This document shows positions 1 to 12,700 of a stretch of DNA of 64,000 bases, one piece after another. Below the pieces are notes generated by a model that made no database searches, was not told the origin of the DNA, and saw only the letters and a program-made list of their open reading frames with translations. A program made the position numbers and the translations under genes. The DNA lies in NCBI GenBank assembly GCA_051294905.1, contig CM119385.1:22010001-22074000 (forward strand). The letters are read 5' to 3'. The stretch is from Botryllus schlosseri (Eukaryota). How positions within the stretch are numbered: position 1 is the first letter of the stretch; every line of letters starts with the position of its first letter.

Positions 1-1564
1 TCAGGTGTAAATCGGCTTGAACTGTATATGGGAAATCCAAAAGCTCCAGATTTCTTTTGGCCGGAATAAGATTACGACCGTTGCGTTGGGTTGAGCTATA
101 CTCGGGAAGACTTCATCGATACGCATAAGCTGAATGACTGATATCTCAATCGATATATCATTGCTTATGCATGAAGTTTGCTAGACCTGCTGCTGTTAGA
201 TAACTCGAAACTGAATTACGCCAAACCGTTTTGGTCCCGACAATAGAACTTTGCGAAGGTTCCGCCATTGTGGCGATGCTGCAATTACAGCAATGAGTCA
301 GCGCTGACATAGCTAATGACGTAAGAAACTATATTGCAAGAGGCTAGCATTCTGTAAGGTCTGAGATTCGAAATTGTAGCGTCTTATCTAATATTCATGT
401 GATAGCCATGCTGGAGACGGACTAGAGCGCCCATGGTTTGAGTTTCAAGATGTTTCGAGGCTATATTCAGTGATATAAGTGAAGCTGACGCACTGTACTG
501 TATAGATATAGTTAACCAGCCTAAAAGCGCCCAAATCAGTGTGTCATTTTAGCGGTTTTTTTATAGAAGTAAGGAATTTTGAAGATGTGATTAGCTTAGA
601 GATTTGACTAGTTGATCGAATCACTTTTTGATTCAAATAGTTTTGGATTGAGGATTGTAGACTAGCTTGTACTATGCCATACGCCTATACCCACCGATGT
701 TTTGGATTTAGTATCAAACTTCGTCCAAAGCAGACTCAGACAATTAGATAATTCTAGTTGTATAATTACACTAATTAGAGGAAAATGCCGATATTCTAAT
801 TCTAATCTAATTTATAGTTTTCCTGAAAACACTGCAGCAGAACTGTATAGTGTGAAACGAACCAAGCTTGTTGTACTGTACATTCATTCGCCATTCTCGA
901 GCTTATTAGAATGAGATCTGATTTGATACAAACTGAACGTAATTGAATCTCCGAGTTTTCGCGAATTCAGTAATTCTAATTCTAGTCTACCGGTAATTTG
1001 ACTCAAAATCATTGTGGCTAATTGTAGAGTAATCTGAAGAAAAAATTGTACTGCCATAATTCAATTGAAATCTGATTTAGAAAGGCTGATAATTTTCTAG
1101 TTGTTAAAGTCTGGTCGAGGTGATAATGACACCGTTACCCGCGTCGGCTTATTCAAAATTGAAATTCACATCATTTTTCCCTTTATTCTGGCAATGCATC
1201 GCGTTACGGATTTCATTTGATGCTTTTCAAATTGATTATACCGGCCACAGCGATCCAACGGAAGAGCGATCTACCGTACAAAACACGTTCCGTTCCGGTT
1301 TTCCTATTAAATATAATGATATGACTAGACCCGTTTCCAGCACAACGCACATTGGCAGAATGTAGAGACACTTCCTCGTGGAGTATTTATGCTTTATGGC
1401 GGACCTTCGGTGCGGGATTGCCTCTAGTTTATAGCGCGTTGTTGGCAGGTGAAATCGTGATGAATAATATATATCTGGCTCATTCGATTGGTCTGTATTT
1501 AGGGTAACGACTTATCCAGAAAGAGACTCTTTGAGGCATACAGAACTTCGATATGCTATTGCAT

Positions 1565-1854
1565 AGTAGATTCATATTGATATGAACCCGGTTATTTTCG
1601 GCTGACACTCGTCAGGGGTAATCGTCAGCAACTATTAGAGAATTGAAAAGGTCATTGTATATCAACAATCATTGTATAACTACGATTGTTCATATACAAT
1701 GTTCTTTTCAGTTATTTACTAGTTGATGATGTATTGTTGCTAAACAATGATCGTTGATGTAGATTGTTCTTTTCAATTCTCTACTAGTTGTTGGCGATTT
1801 TCCCTGACGAGTGTCAGCCTGAAATATTCGGGTTTATTTCAATATGGATATACT
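1565..1854. mobile_element. ~290-bp fold-back MITE (family with GCTGACACTCGTCAGGGG arms)
   Basis: Long imperfect inverted arms agtagattcatattg…/…caatatggatatact; related copies at ~19380-19480, ~22490, ~25415-25606, ~30612-30700, ~55730-55820. Confidence 0.75.
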
Positions 1855-4564
1855 AATCAATTTTTCAAAAAGGCTCAGATCGGTTAGAAAACTACGAGGG
1901 ACTTCAACTTTTGTCCCGATAAGGAGCTGAAACTATGTATAGTGCAGAATTATCTCCATATACGAGTATAGTTTATGTGCCTAACGATAGAGCGAAGTTC
2001 GTTTATAGTTAAGCTACCTGATGTACAGCACGATATGCAGCTACTACAATGCTCACGATGTTGATCAGTGCATACGCATTTACGCAATGTATATCACCAA
2101 TGTTTTATATACCAACTCTACGCCGATGCATCATTTAGTGAAGCGACATTGATGTGTGATAGCTCCTGGCAATGGGTTACAGCAGCCTGGTCACGTGACG
2201 CGTGACAAGTTTCTTTTAGATTGGTAGCCAAATCTGTTCTAGTGTTTATTGATACACGATGGGGTTGTTCTTCAGTCGCTTTCTGGGATTTATATTTGGG
2301 AGTTCGCAGCAATCTTCCGAGGCTCATTTTCGAGTAAGTATGCTTGCGAATGAGGGTAATGAATGTGTACAAAACGTACAGAGAGTATGGTTCCTAAACT
2401 TGTGACATTGAATATCTTTGTTTTCTGTTTTGTTTATGATCGGTAGATTATATCGTACATATACCGAAGTCGCTGCTGATTGGTTCGTCTATAACCCCTC
2501 CGACTACCGACTACGACTAGGGCTGAGAACCTGAGTGATTCGATTCTGAATCTAGGTTAGGCTCACTCTTTACGACGTCACAACAGTATGGATGACGTGG
2601 AAAATTGAAATACATGTATGTACATTGTACAAGTACATTAGGGCTGTTCAAAAAAAACTTTTCCTTCGGATTTCACTGGCTACTTGATAAAATTGTTTGG
2701 TTAGTTAAAAAAACGCTGCACACCATATTTGGCTCCATTCCAACCAGTAGAAGCAAGATTCGTGCAGTGGAAAGTTTTGAATTTGTCATTAAATAACAAA
2801 ATTTCAAAATTTTTCTGCCGACCCCATAAAATTGTTAGTCTGTCAGAAGAGATGATGTACACCAAATATGGCTCATTCCAACCACTAGAAGCGAAGTTAT
2901 TGCAGTCGAAAAATTTCTAATTCCTTGATTTTATAATAAATAATTAAAGAGTTAGCCACCGTAAATACCAATTTATTCAAATCCCATTTTTTCTACTGCA
3001 ATAACTTCGCTTCAAAATTAGTATTGAAGTTGAAACTATAATTCTCGTTGATGAATTAGCTCTCATTGGCGAGTAGCGTATATTTTAAGTACATGAAACA
3101 ATCATCTCTCACTACACGACTCGAATCATTAAAATTATTACTCGGATTAAAACACTCGAATCATTGTGGCTAGCGCTGCTAGAGCTAGTAACAACATTCA
3201 TTGGTACGATGTACGCATAAGATTTTCTTTACATGACTGATGACATACTGCTGAAATCCTGCATACAATTGCTTATTGGGTAAACATCCGTGTTTAACCG
3301 TACTCTGCTTATGGACGACCGCTATATGTTAGTTATTGGGAATAGTCATCGTATGCGACTCAATGCTCCGTTCGATAAGCCAGATAATCGATCTACTTTC
3401 TTTGGGTGGCTTTGACGCATTTACCTCAGTGACTTGATATTTGTAATGATTGTTTATGATCGAAAGTGACAAGTAATTGCGGTACTGTAGACCAGGGATG
3501 CTCAACTATGTTTTAACGAAGATTAAGTTACCGAAGTTATAAAATTTGAGTTGGTCCGTTATAAAACTCAGAGAATCGTTCAATTTACAGTCGTAATACG
3601 GTATGACTAGACACAAAATCGGGATTTGGACAACTTGATAATTCTAGGTGTCTAATTAGATAATTAGAGCAAAATGGTGGTTTATCTAACTCTAATTTAA
3701 TTTGTGATTCCTGTACTCTCATTTTAATTCTAATCTAATTTTTTGTTTCCCTGTAAATGCTACGGTAGAACCGTACAGTGTGAAACGAACCAAGCTTGCT
3801 GTATAGACATTTGCCATTCTCGTGCTTATGATTTGATATGAACTGAACTGAACCGTGTCCAAGTTTTCACAAATTCAGAAATTCCAATTCTACTCTAGTT
3901 TGAAAAAAAAACATGTGTAGCCTTAAGTAGCCATAATATTAGTTAAATTTGGAAAAGCTGAATATTTTTTAATTGTCCGAGTCCGAGTTTAAATCGGGTA
4001 AAGCGCTATTAGCAAAAGCAATAAGCGAAGTGCATTTATCGTTCTGTCAGTCGCAGCTAGTGGGAGATTGGGTTCTAAAGTCGTGAGAGTCGAAGGCCGT
4101 GGTGAAGGTTTTCACTGATTATACTGACGCGAAATCAATTCTTTACAAAGATCATGTTTGAAAACGCTGACTCGCAGCTGTAAATAGACACAAGACGACT
4201 ATAGTGCATTTGGTTTTGTAAAGAAAATCAAGTACATACTGAAACAGTGAAACAGATAAGGTCCGGATTCAACGATGAAAAGGTCCGCCAGTTCAGCGGC
4301 CTTGCTACAGTTAAATTCAGTAGGTTATGGCTTACAAACGATCCGGCACGTAGCTGGAATAAATTGATCTTATACCGGAAGCCTATGAGGCCGGAATTCG
4401 CATCGGCAATCTGGAATTTCTTGCGTGATGACATCATAGGGGGAAATGGGACTGAAATTTTAACGCGTGATTTATTGACAAGTCTCGCGAGAAAGATAAA
4501 GGGAGAAAACCGGAGGTTATTTGATTCGGTAATCCAACTTTCAATTACACACTCCTTCTAAATT

Positions 4565-4803
4565 CAAGGCGTGGAGTTACACAGCATATTTCGTCCAATT
4601 TATGTGTTGTTGTTGGTATGAAATGTTTCACCACATTGTACATTGAAACACACAATGTTGGCTAACACTTGAGATTAGACGAGATGAAGTGTTCAACTTC
4701 ACAGTCTTGAATTTAGTATGACACACCACATTATACACTGAAACATACAATATTGACCAACACATAAAACTGGACGAAATGTGTCGTTCAATTCCACGCC
4801 TTG
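4565..4803. mobile_element. ~240-bp MITE with inverted arms
   Basis: caaggcgtgga…tccacgccttg termini plus internal inverted blocks atttcgtcca…tgtgttg / caacaca…tggacgaaat; no TSD seen. Confidence 0.6.
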
Positions 4804-7121
4804 GTGTACCGGCCTCAAAACCAGTCCGGTCTTATTGACAGTTTATACTAATACAGCGGGTGCGATAATATGAAATCGATATCACACTTTGAAATAATAT
4901 CAGTATCGGCCTTTAGAGGTACAAAAATGTCGGCAATTTTCGTGTTGTCACAACACGGTAGTACAGGGTCTGAGAACTATAGTCTGGGTAAAGGTGCTGT
5001 TGTTTTCGGTTTTATCGATATCGACTGAAAAATTCGATGTCGGATGGCTTCTAGTGTATAGTCGGATCCGTGTTAAAGCGGGTTTATGGACGTTGTTTGC
5101 TGTGCTGGCAATGTTTGGTGATATTTGTAACGTGGGTGTTACGCCGCTACTGCTGTCACATCTGGCTCCCTATTGTGCGCCGAGCTGACAGCGCTGGTGA
5201 CGGCACACATTGAGTTACTTCAGCAGACTTCCTTCCTGCGTGCCGTCATCAGGCTAAGTTTCCATTGCTTTTGCTACGCAATTGCTCGTTATGACGGCGG
5301 AAACGCAGCGCTCGCAGTGAATGCTGGGCCTACGCGAAGGCTCGAGGTGGATTGAGACCGACTGTCGACGGCGAAAGGGTTATTTGGCTTACAGAAATAG
5401 CGCAGTGTTGGATAAACTGCTTTTCGAAGGAAAATGCTCCGGTGGCACCAATTTGGTGTGGTTTTTGCAACAAAGCCGCTTCTAACTGTCAGGGTTGGGC
5501 AAAAAAACAGTACCTTGAGTTCTTCGATTCGTAATCGAAACTTAGGCTTCGAGGATAGAATTGACGTATCATTAATTACGACGTAATAAGAGTATGAATG
5601 ACGTAGAAAGTTCAAATATGTACCTTATGCCAGTTGCACATAACGTTAAAGATAATTTGTTATTTTTCAACGTGCCTATTTCACTGCACTTTGTGACAAT
5701 GCTGTCTATTCTTCACGACTTCACGGATATGACGTTTCCAATAAAGTACGTAGCTTTGTACTATACATATACAATATACATGTTTCGTATGCTGCGCTCC
5801 AATCGAAGTTTACAGCCTTTCAGTGGAAAATAGTATCGAAGGTATAATTCTCGTTGATAAGTCAACTCTTTGTGGCAATTAGCTTACCGTTTCAGTACTT
5901 GAAACGATAATCTCCCACTACTCAATACTCCAGAGTGCCCAATGCCGACTAACTGTATAGTGTATATGTGTAGCAATACTAGTGCCTACACCATCGACAA
6001 AATCGCTGTGACAGCGTCGACCCTAATCATTGCAATCGATACACGAACATTTATCGAAGGTTCTCTATGAACACTAACTTCTGACTTCACCGCAATGCTA
6101 ATTTGAAGCAAATATACCGTTTTCGTCTCATCAAGCGTAGATAACTCTGCTGCTGCGCGGGAATAATAGGCCCGAAGCCAAGCAGGTAGCCGCTGTGACG
6201 GCAGTTAGTCAATCGTGATATGTCGTGCGATGTTCTCAAACTATTACGTCACAAAGTCTCTCTTGGCAATGGGTCGAATTATTTTGGCTGCGATTGTGAC
6301 ACATTTGGTTGAAATTCGAGGAATTTTGATCTGCGGTGTTACGATTACTGGAAAAATGCTAGTTATTTCACAAAAAACCTTCACAGAGTAGAACCTACCA
6401 AGGTTCATTGCAAACGCGAGCCTCCGAATCTATCAAGGTTGGCATGCCGAATACGAACTCGAACCGAACGTTTGCATCGTTTCTAGTACAGTCCGTTTAA
6501 ATACACAAACCCCAGTTTACGGGGATTTGACATTATAAGTGTTATGCGCAATGATTCGAGGACTCGGTGACATTTCCGGGAAGTCGGTATCAACTCATAG
6601 CATTGTCAGAGTGCAATGAAATAGGCATATGGTCGAGAAAATACCAAATTATCTTGAATGTCGCGAATAATTGGCACTATTTTCACTGGCCGCATATTTG
6701 AACTGTCTTAGGACGTGCTCGAATACAAGACTCGACCCCAAAAACCCGCCCGTGGCTATGCCACTGTTAGTGGTGAACCAGCGTTAACTATGAGTTAGAA
6801 ATGGCAGCAAGAACATCAATGCATCACACAACGGAGCAGCGGTATCACGATTCACGCCAACGAATGCACGTGCTTTCGGCAACCAGTTTTTATTAAATGC
6901 TCAACTAGAACTGGAACTGCTGCCTTTTCGAAATAAGCAACCAGAACTACTAAAAATAACAGTAATTACCGGTAGTTGATCGTCAGCTATCTAAGTTGGT
7001 TCAGAATTCAAATCACTTGGTCACTCGATTTTGCCTATCCCTGGACATAATATGCAGTCCACCACACAGAGTATTACTTGTAGATTACTTCGATATGGAG
7101 GCTTAGGCTAAGTTACAACCG

Positions 7122-7928
7122 ATGGAAGAAGGCAAGTTCACTAGAGCTCGGGGTAGCAACCCTAATCGCAGGCGTCGCCTTGTCGGCACCAGGCCCGCAT
7201 CACCATCACGACGTCTCAAAACCGACGCTGATCAAGGCAATTACAGTGGTAGAAGATTACAGCCTACAAATGAGTACACATCGCACGGTCGTGTGCCTGA
7301 AAATTGCATTAGAGTATCTTTGAAAGATAAAGTATCTACGTTGCGGCGTACCGGTAGTTTGGACGACGTTCTTGACGAGAGACAGCCTAATTTGCGGACC
7401 AGCTCAGCCCCGAACTCTCCTGTTATTAAAAAGAGAACTACTGGCCATAAGACAGTGCCGATTAGGCAACAAGGCCAACCGTTAAGCAGCAACGAAACAC
7501 TAGTTAGCGGGCGACGTACTTCAAGAATAAAACAGTCGAAATCACCCGCACGAAATCACGATGCGCAAAACAGGAGCGAGCGTAGGCGAAAATCTGAAAA
7601 CTTGCAACGACAGTCAGCTATTCTGCACTCCTTGTCCACGTCACGTGATGATGTATCGCGGGAAAACGCGGACGACGCTTGCAGTGAAATATCAGATTTT
7701 AGCTTCCTTTACCCGGATCAAGTTATGGCGCATTTGACTGCCAACGTCCAGAGTGAACACATAGGCGAATTGATAAGGATCGTTTCGCACAATGCGAGGG
7801 TTTCGGAAAGGCGGCTCAGCAGGATTGAGGAGAATCAAGCCTTTTTGGAATGGAAATATCAGTCTATCATGGTGTGGGCTTTGTTGTTATTACGCCGAGA
7901 CTACGCACGCGCTCATGTGGCAGTATGA
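7122..7928 (+). CDS. Large S/R-rich coding exon, probable alternative first exon of the CARMIL gene
   Basis: 268-codon ATG-initiated ORF with higher GC than its flanks. Two phase-0 donors (ATG|gtgtgg at 7871/7872; GCA|gtatga at 7922/7923) are both compatible with the phase-0 exon at 9639. Linkage to CARMIL is inferred. Confidence 0.6.
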   Translation: MEEGKFTRARGSNPNRRRRLVGTRPASPSRRLKTDADQGNYSGRRLQPTNEYTSHGRVPENCIRVSLKDKVSTLRRTGSLDDVLDERQPNLRTSSAPNSPVIKKRTTGHKTVPIRQQGQPLSSNETLVSGRRTSRIKQSKSPARNHDAQNRSERRRKSENLQRQSAILHSLSTSRDDVSRENADDACSEISDFSFLYPDQVMAHLTANVQSEHIGELIRIVSHNARVSERRLSRIEENQAFLEWKYQSIMVWALLLLRRDYARAHVAV

Positions 7929-8009
7929 CGTCATACGCGCAAATAACATCGGCGGTGTTACCTTATCTGAACCTATCTCATAATCTTTATGCTTGCGTAT
8001 AGTTTAATG

Positions 8010-9470
8010 CAGTGGTTCCCAACCTTTTTGTCTTCATTCCCCACTTCAGATTTATTCCGAGCCTTCATTACCCACCAGGACCGTAACAGCACTTCGTCAG
8101 CCCCGCCAAAAGAACGTTGATCTTGGGCCCCCACAGTGTGATAAACCTAGCTTCTGGGGGGCAAAGCTCCCCAGAACCCCCTCAGCCCCGCTGAGCCTGT
8201 ACGCTTTTTTTCCGCTATTTATCAGCTACATTGGGTATACTGTTTAGTGCGTCTACTTATCTGGACTAAACGCGCGAAGCGCAAAAAATTTATATAATTC
8301 GTGTTTGAATCGGTAAATATGATCGGGAATTGCATGTACTTTGTTATCAATTTTTTAACCCCTCTCTGCTCACGAAATGAGATTTACCGGTAGAGCTGAG
8401 TGAGGTGTGTTGGAAAAGGTAGGACCCCTAAATAAGAAATAAACATTTTCAGGCGGACCCATTGGTATATTGACTTCATTACATTATGCTATTTCGTGTC
8501 AAAAGATATGGAAATCGCCCAACCTAAAAGGCACACACGATTTCAAATTGGTATTATGCTTTACTGGCAAATAATTTTTCCCTGCTGGATGGCATTTGCC
8601 CTGTGGGGTTCATATCGCCAGGACAGGAACATTCGGCGCCAGTAACTTAGCCGCCTATGGACAATTAAACATATATATATATATATTGTATATATATCGA
8701 AGTTTTCGGTCACCACAAAGCCATTCCTTCTCGGCTATACGGTCTTCTCGTTGCTGATCGTTCTGGCAAACTTCTCGGAGTTGCATGATACATGGCATTG
8801 GTGCGTCGTGGCGCAGTAGTGGCCGACGCCGAAGTCTCCATTTCTATTTATTCTACGTATTTTCGTGGGGGAAGGGTACCGAATAATCAGATATTCAGCA
8901 ATATTAAATCGCGCACCCAGCGCGAAAATCTTTTGATGAAGTGGCATAAATTTCCGACAAAAAACTTTAATTTATGGTAATTCACGAAATAATTGTGGGC
9001 CTCTTCGAGCTCGCCCCCCCTTCCCAATTGGGGGTTCGGGGTGCGTCAGTTACGGTCCTGCTCCCCACTACTCAGCACTTTTGTCATCACGGAGCAGCTA
9101 TACGCTGGTTTGACTACACAAGACACACAACCACACCAGTACGCAAGACAATCGCCTTTAACTGCAACATAAAACGTATTGTGAACCGATACCAGTAACG
9201 CCCAAAATTTCGCGAAAGCGTTATTTCACGTCAAACTAGTCGTGCTGGATGCTTTTGTGACGCCAGGATTGGCCATCCAGAGTTAAAAATGAGGTTTTGT
9301 GAACAACACGCCATATAATTTTCGATACATACATTCCAGAGCAGTTGACTGGTAACGGTAATTGCGCATGTGTCTCCGTGAATATGTAGACTGTCCTGTA
9401 TATAATTTTGAACAAATACGTCTATTCCCCACCAGAAATCATTGAATTCCCCACCGTTTGGGAACCACTG
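8010..9470. mobile_element. Non-autonomous hAT (Buster-type) element, 1461 bp, copy 1
   Basis: TIR cagtggttccc/gggaaccactg; perfect 8-bp TSD gtttaatg (8002-8009, 9471-9478); second copy at 41214-42647. Confidence 0.9.
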
Positions 9471-9638
9471 GTTTAATGCCTGGCGGCCGCTTATTTGTTA
9501 ACACCCCCGACTGGTATGTGGTCTTATTGAAAACCATTAAATGTGGTAGCGACTTCCATGGCTGCTTTAGTGATATGCGTGTTGATCGGTAACGTCGTTT
9601 GTTATTCTTGTGGATCTCACTGGAATTTTCTATTTCAG

Positions 9639-9719
9639 ACTGAGCAATTGAAGAAGAAGAAACAGGAGCAGGCCGCCGCCCGGGAGCAGATTTTCCTGAA
9701 AAATGACCAAAGCAAAGCA
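9639..9719 (+). CDS. CARMIL: CARMIL exon TEQLKKKKQEQAAAREQIFLKNDQSKA
   Basis: tttctatttcag acceptor, GCA|gtgagt donor, 81 nt, phase 0-0. Confidence 0.8.
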
Positions 9720-12700
9720 GTGAGTATCAAGTCACTGTTAATGGCGATCCGTTCAACTTAAAATAACAATTAGATAGCGATTGGATTGCACATAGAATCG
9801 ATTGCACTCCCTGAAATGCTATCTTTTCGACTTACGAATTCGTGAGGCTCATTTTATTGTTCGCATCTGGCTGCAGTGTAGGCAATGGCATTGTAATGGG
9901 CAGAATTTCGTTCTATAAGTTTTATCGTTTCAAATTCTGTGGGAGATCTGGAAGCGCATGCGGCCACGGTCTGACATCATAGGCAATCGATACGATGTCT
10001 AGTGATGTTCGCGAATGACAAATTTAATATATATTCGCCAATCTGTTTCTAAAAGGGAATCTCACTAATCTGCCTACCCCAATCATGAACAGAACACCGT
10101 CGTTAAAATTTATTCTATCATCGCCAGATACGGGGAAATGGGACGCGATCATGATCGCGCTCTAAACCTTAATTTCCAGAAAACAAAGGCCGAAGACAAG
10201 CCGACGGTTGCAGCCGACGATCCGGTGCCGGTTCCGGACGACGTAAAACCGGAAGAGAAAAAACCGACCGTCGCTGACACCAGCCTGCCCGCTATGAGAA
10301 AGAAACGCGCCGAGAGCATTGCTAAGAGAAAGCAGCGACCTATCATCAATCCCGCCCTAGGTGAGTTAGTCCAGCTATAACGTCAACGTGGAAGGCTTCT
10401 GTCGCGGTTTGCGAAGAGAGTAAGGTTGGCGAGATGAGGTCAGGTTGAGTTATCGCACGTGTTAGTCTAGCTATAACGCAGTGAACCGATCTGATACAGC
10501 GGATGTCGCACTGATACGCAGCGAATATTCATCATAATCTTTTTGTTTTGTACGAAAATCACCTGTTAGAGTTGTTGATGAGCAGTGCATATTGTGCACC
10601 TAGTATTTTATACTAGTGCAATCGATTTGTAATGCGCAAATTTTTGTTTTTTATGACATAACGAGAAAATTAGGGTTCGCCGATTAGCGTAAGGGTTCGC
10701 CAGGTTGGGAAAAGTTAAGAACCGCCGATCTAAAAGTAATGGCACGCGGATGTGGTCAGATGAGTCATTCGTGATTTCAATCATTCACTATGACGTCACC
10801 AGAGTTCAAATATGTACCTTCTATGCGACCGCAAATATATAATGACAGTTCCACATCTCATAAAGATAATTTGGTCTGTTTTCGACCACTCATATTTCGT
10901 TGCACTTGAATTTATTCGTACAGTTTAAAAATTTTGAATTTACCATAAAATGCAAAAAAAAAATTTTCTGCCAACCCCATGAAATTGTTGCGCTGTCTTT
11001 CAAAACGATGCAAAACAAATTTGACTCAATTCAAACCCGTAGAAGCGGAGTTATTAGAGATTTTCGATGATAATTCTTGGATTATCCACCGATCAAGGAT
11101 AATCCCAGAATTATCAAAGAAAAACTCCAATTTTTGATTTAAGCTTTGTTCTATGTGTTTCGGATAGTGTGATGCGACCTGTCGAGGTTTGAAGGCTTGC
11201 ACGGCGAGTAAATAGTATCGGATAATTCTCGTCGATAATATGACTCTTATAATGGACATGAGCGTATCATTTTGGTACTCGAAAAATCGTCTCTCTCGTC
11301 TCGACTCAAAACAACAATCGATACTCTATTGAGCTATTCAGATGAATTTTCGAAATGTCTTTTGCTGTACTCGGTTGAAGCAGGAGGCTAACTTGAGATT
11401 AGAATATACTGTGCGATGTCGTGAATGTGCTTTTTCGTAATATTTTCGATTGGGGTAAATATTTTGGAATTTGTATACACACTATTTCCTGGCTCTCGAC
11501 CTTGACCGGTATTTATCGTGGTAATACCATTCGAGTCGAATATATATATAATGTTCGCACCAGCGTAGAGCCGTTGACATTCGAAAGGCAAATGAAAACA
11601 CGCGCATTATACGATCTCGAGTTAAGATTTAACGTAATAAGATTAATATGATTCGGTTCATTTGTTGAATCGCATCGGAGCCGAAAGGCCAACTACTACA
11701 GGAAGCACTCGTAACTCAAGTACGAATTGAGGCGCTCGCAAAGTGCTCGAATCTTGAAATCCATTCTTTTGCTGCAATGTGTGGTAAAATTCACTTGCAA
11801 TATGAGTAACTTTGTTGTATACAACCGTAATTTCTGGGCCAGACTTAGGTCGAATTCCAATAGTTTTGTCAGTCGAACTTGAATAGTACCTCTAATTATT
11901 CTATCAATCTCTTAAACTGCATGATATTTTATCACGTACCTAGGAGCAGGATGCAAGGATCCCGCAGCGGCAATAAAGTATTGATACGACAGTGTTCATT
12001 TACAAAATAATAAGGGGTACATAATTTCTATACCCGAAAACATTGGTTCTCACCTCACTGCTCAACTTCACATTGTATCGTCCAGAGTTAGATTAGAATT
12101 AGAATGATGGCTACACAGCTTTTCCGAATTAGATTAGAATTAAATTTACCGAATTCGCAAAAACTTGGAAATTGAATTCAATACGCAAGTTATGTTCTAA
12201 CAAAAGTTTGGAACGAAAGTTCGGCACTAGGTCTGATGTAAAATGGCCGTAGATGTCGAAATACCACGAGCGTTATAAATGAGTGGGCTACTCTGAGTGC
12301 AAAATTTGACGAGATGATTAAAAAAGAAAATCAGTAATCAAATTTCGTCATGTCTTTGTTCTACCCGATTCTGACGGGGGTGACTAGATGACGACCAAAT
12401 TGTCCGGGTGATGACCTTTTTGTTAAATATCCAAAATGCTACTAGATGTGGGTGAGTTTGCGTTCCAACGGAATTCACGGTAGAGGCCCCGGTTTAATTC
12501 TTCTTGGCAGTAGCCAGCAGTTCCGAAGCGTCGGAAGTTTATCTGAGATAATGCTCCGATACGTCGCTGTGCTTACATCGTGCTCGCAAAAAGATGCCCA
12601 GAGAAAGCTCCTATCTAGAAAGGGTTCAAAGAAGAGAATGAAAAGAGCGAGGAAGCCTTAAATGAAAGAGCAAGATGGAACACCGTTACGTCGGGCATTA

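Noticed and set aside
8735-9198. ORFs duplicated at 41800-42322
   Set aside because: Interior of the non-autonomous hAT copies; frames differ between copies and there is no DDE or zinc-finger motif.
12446-12690. Lys/Glu-rich stretch in the long CARMIL intron that looks exon-like
   Set aside because: The phase-1 frame from the good acceptor stops after 13 codons; no compatible donor.
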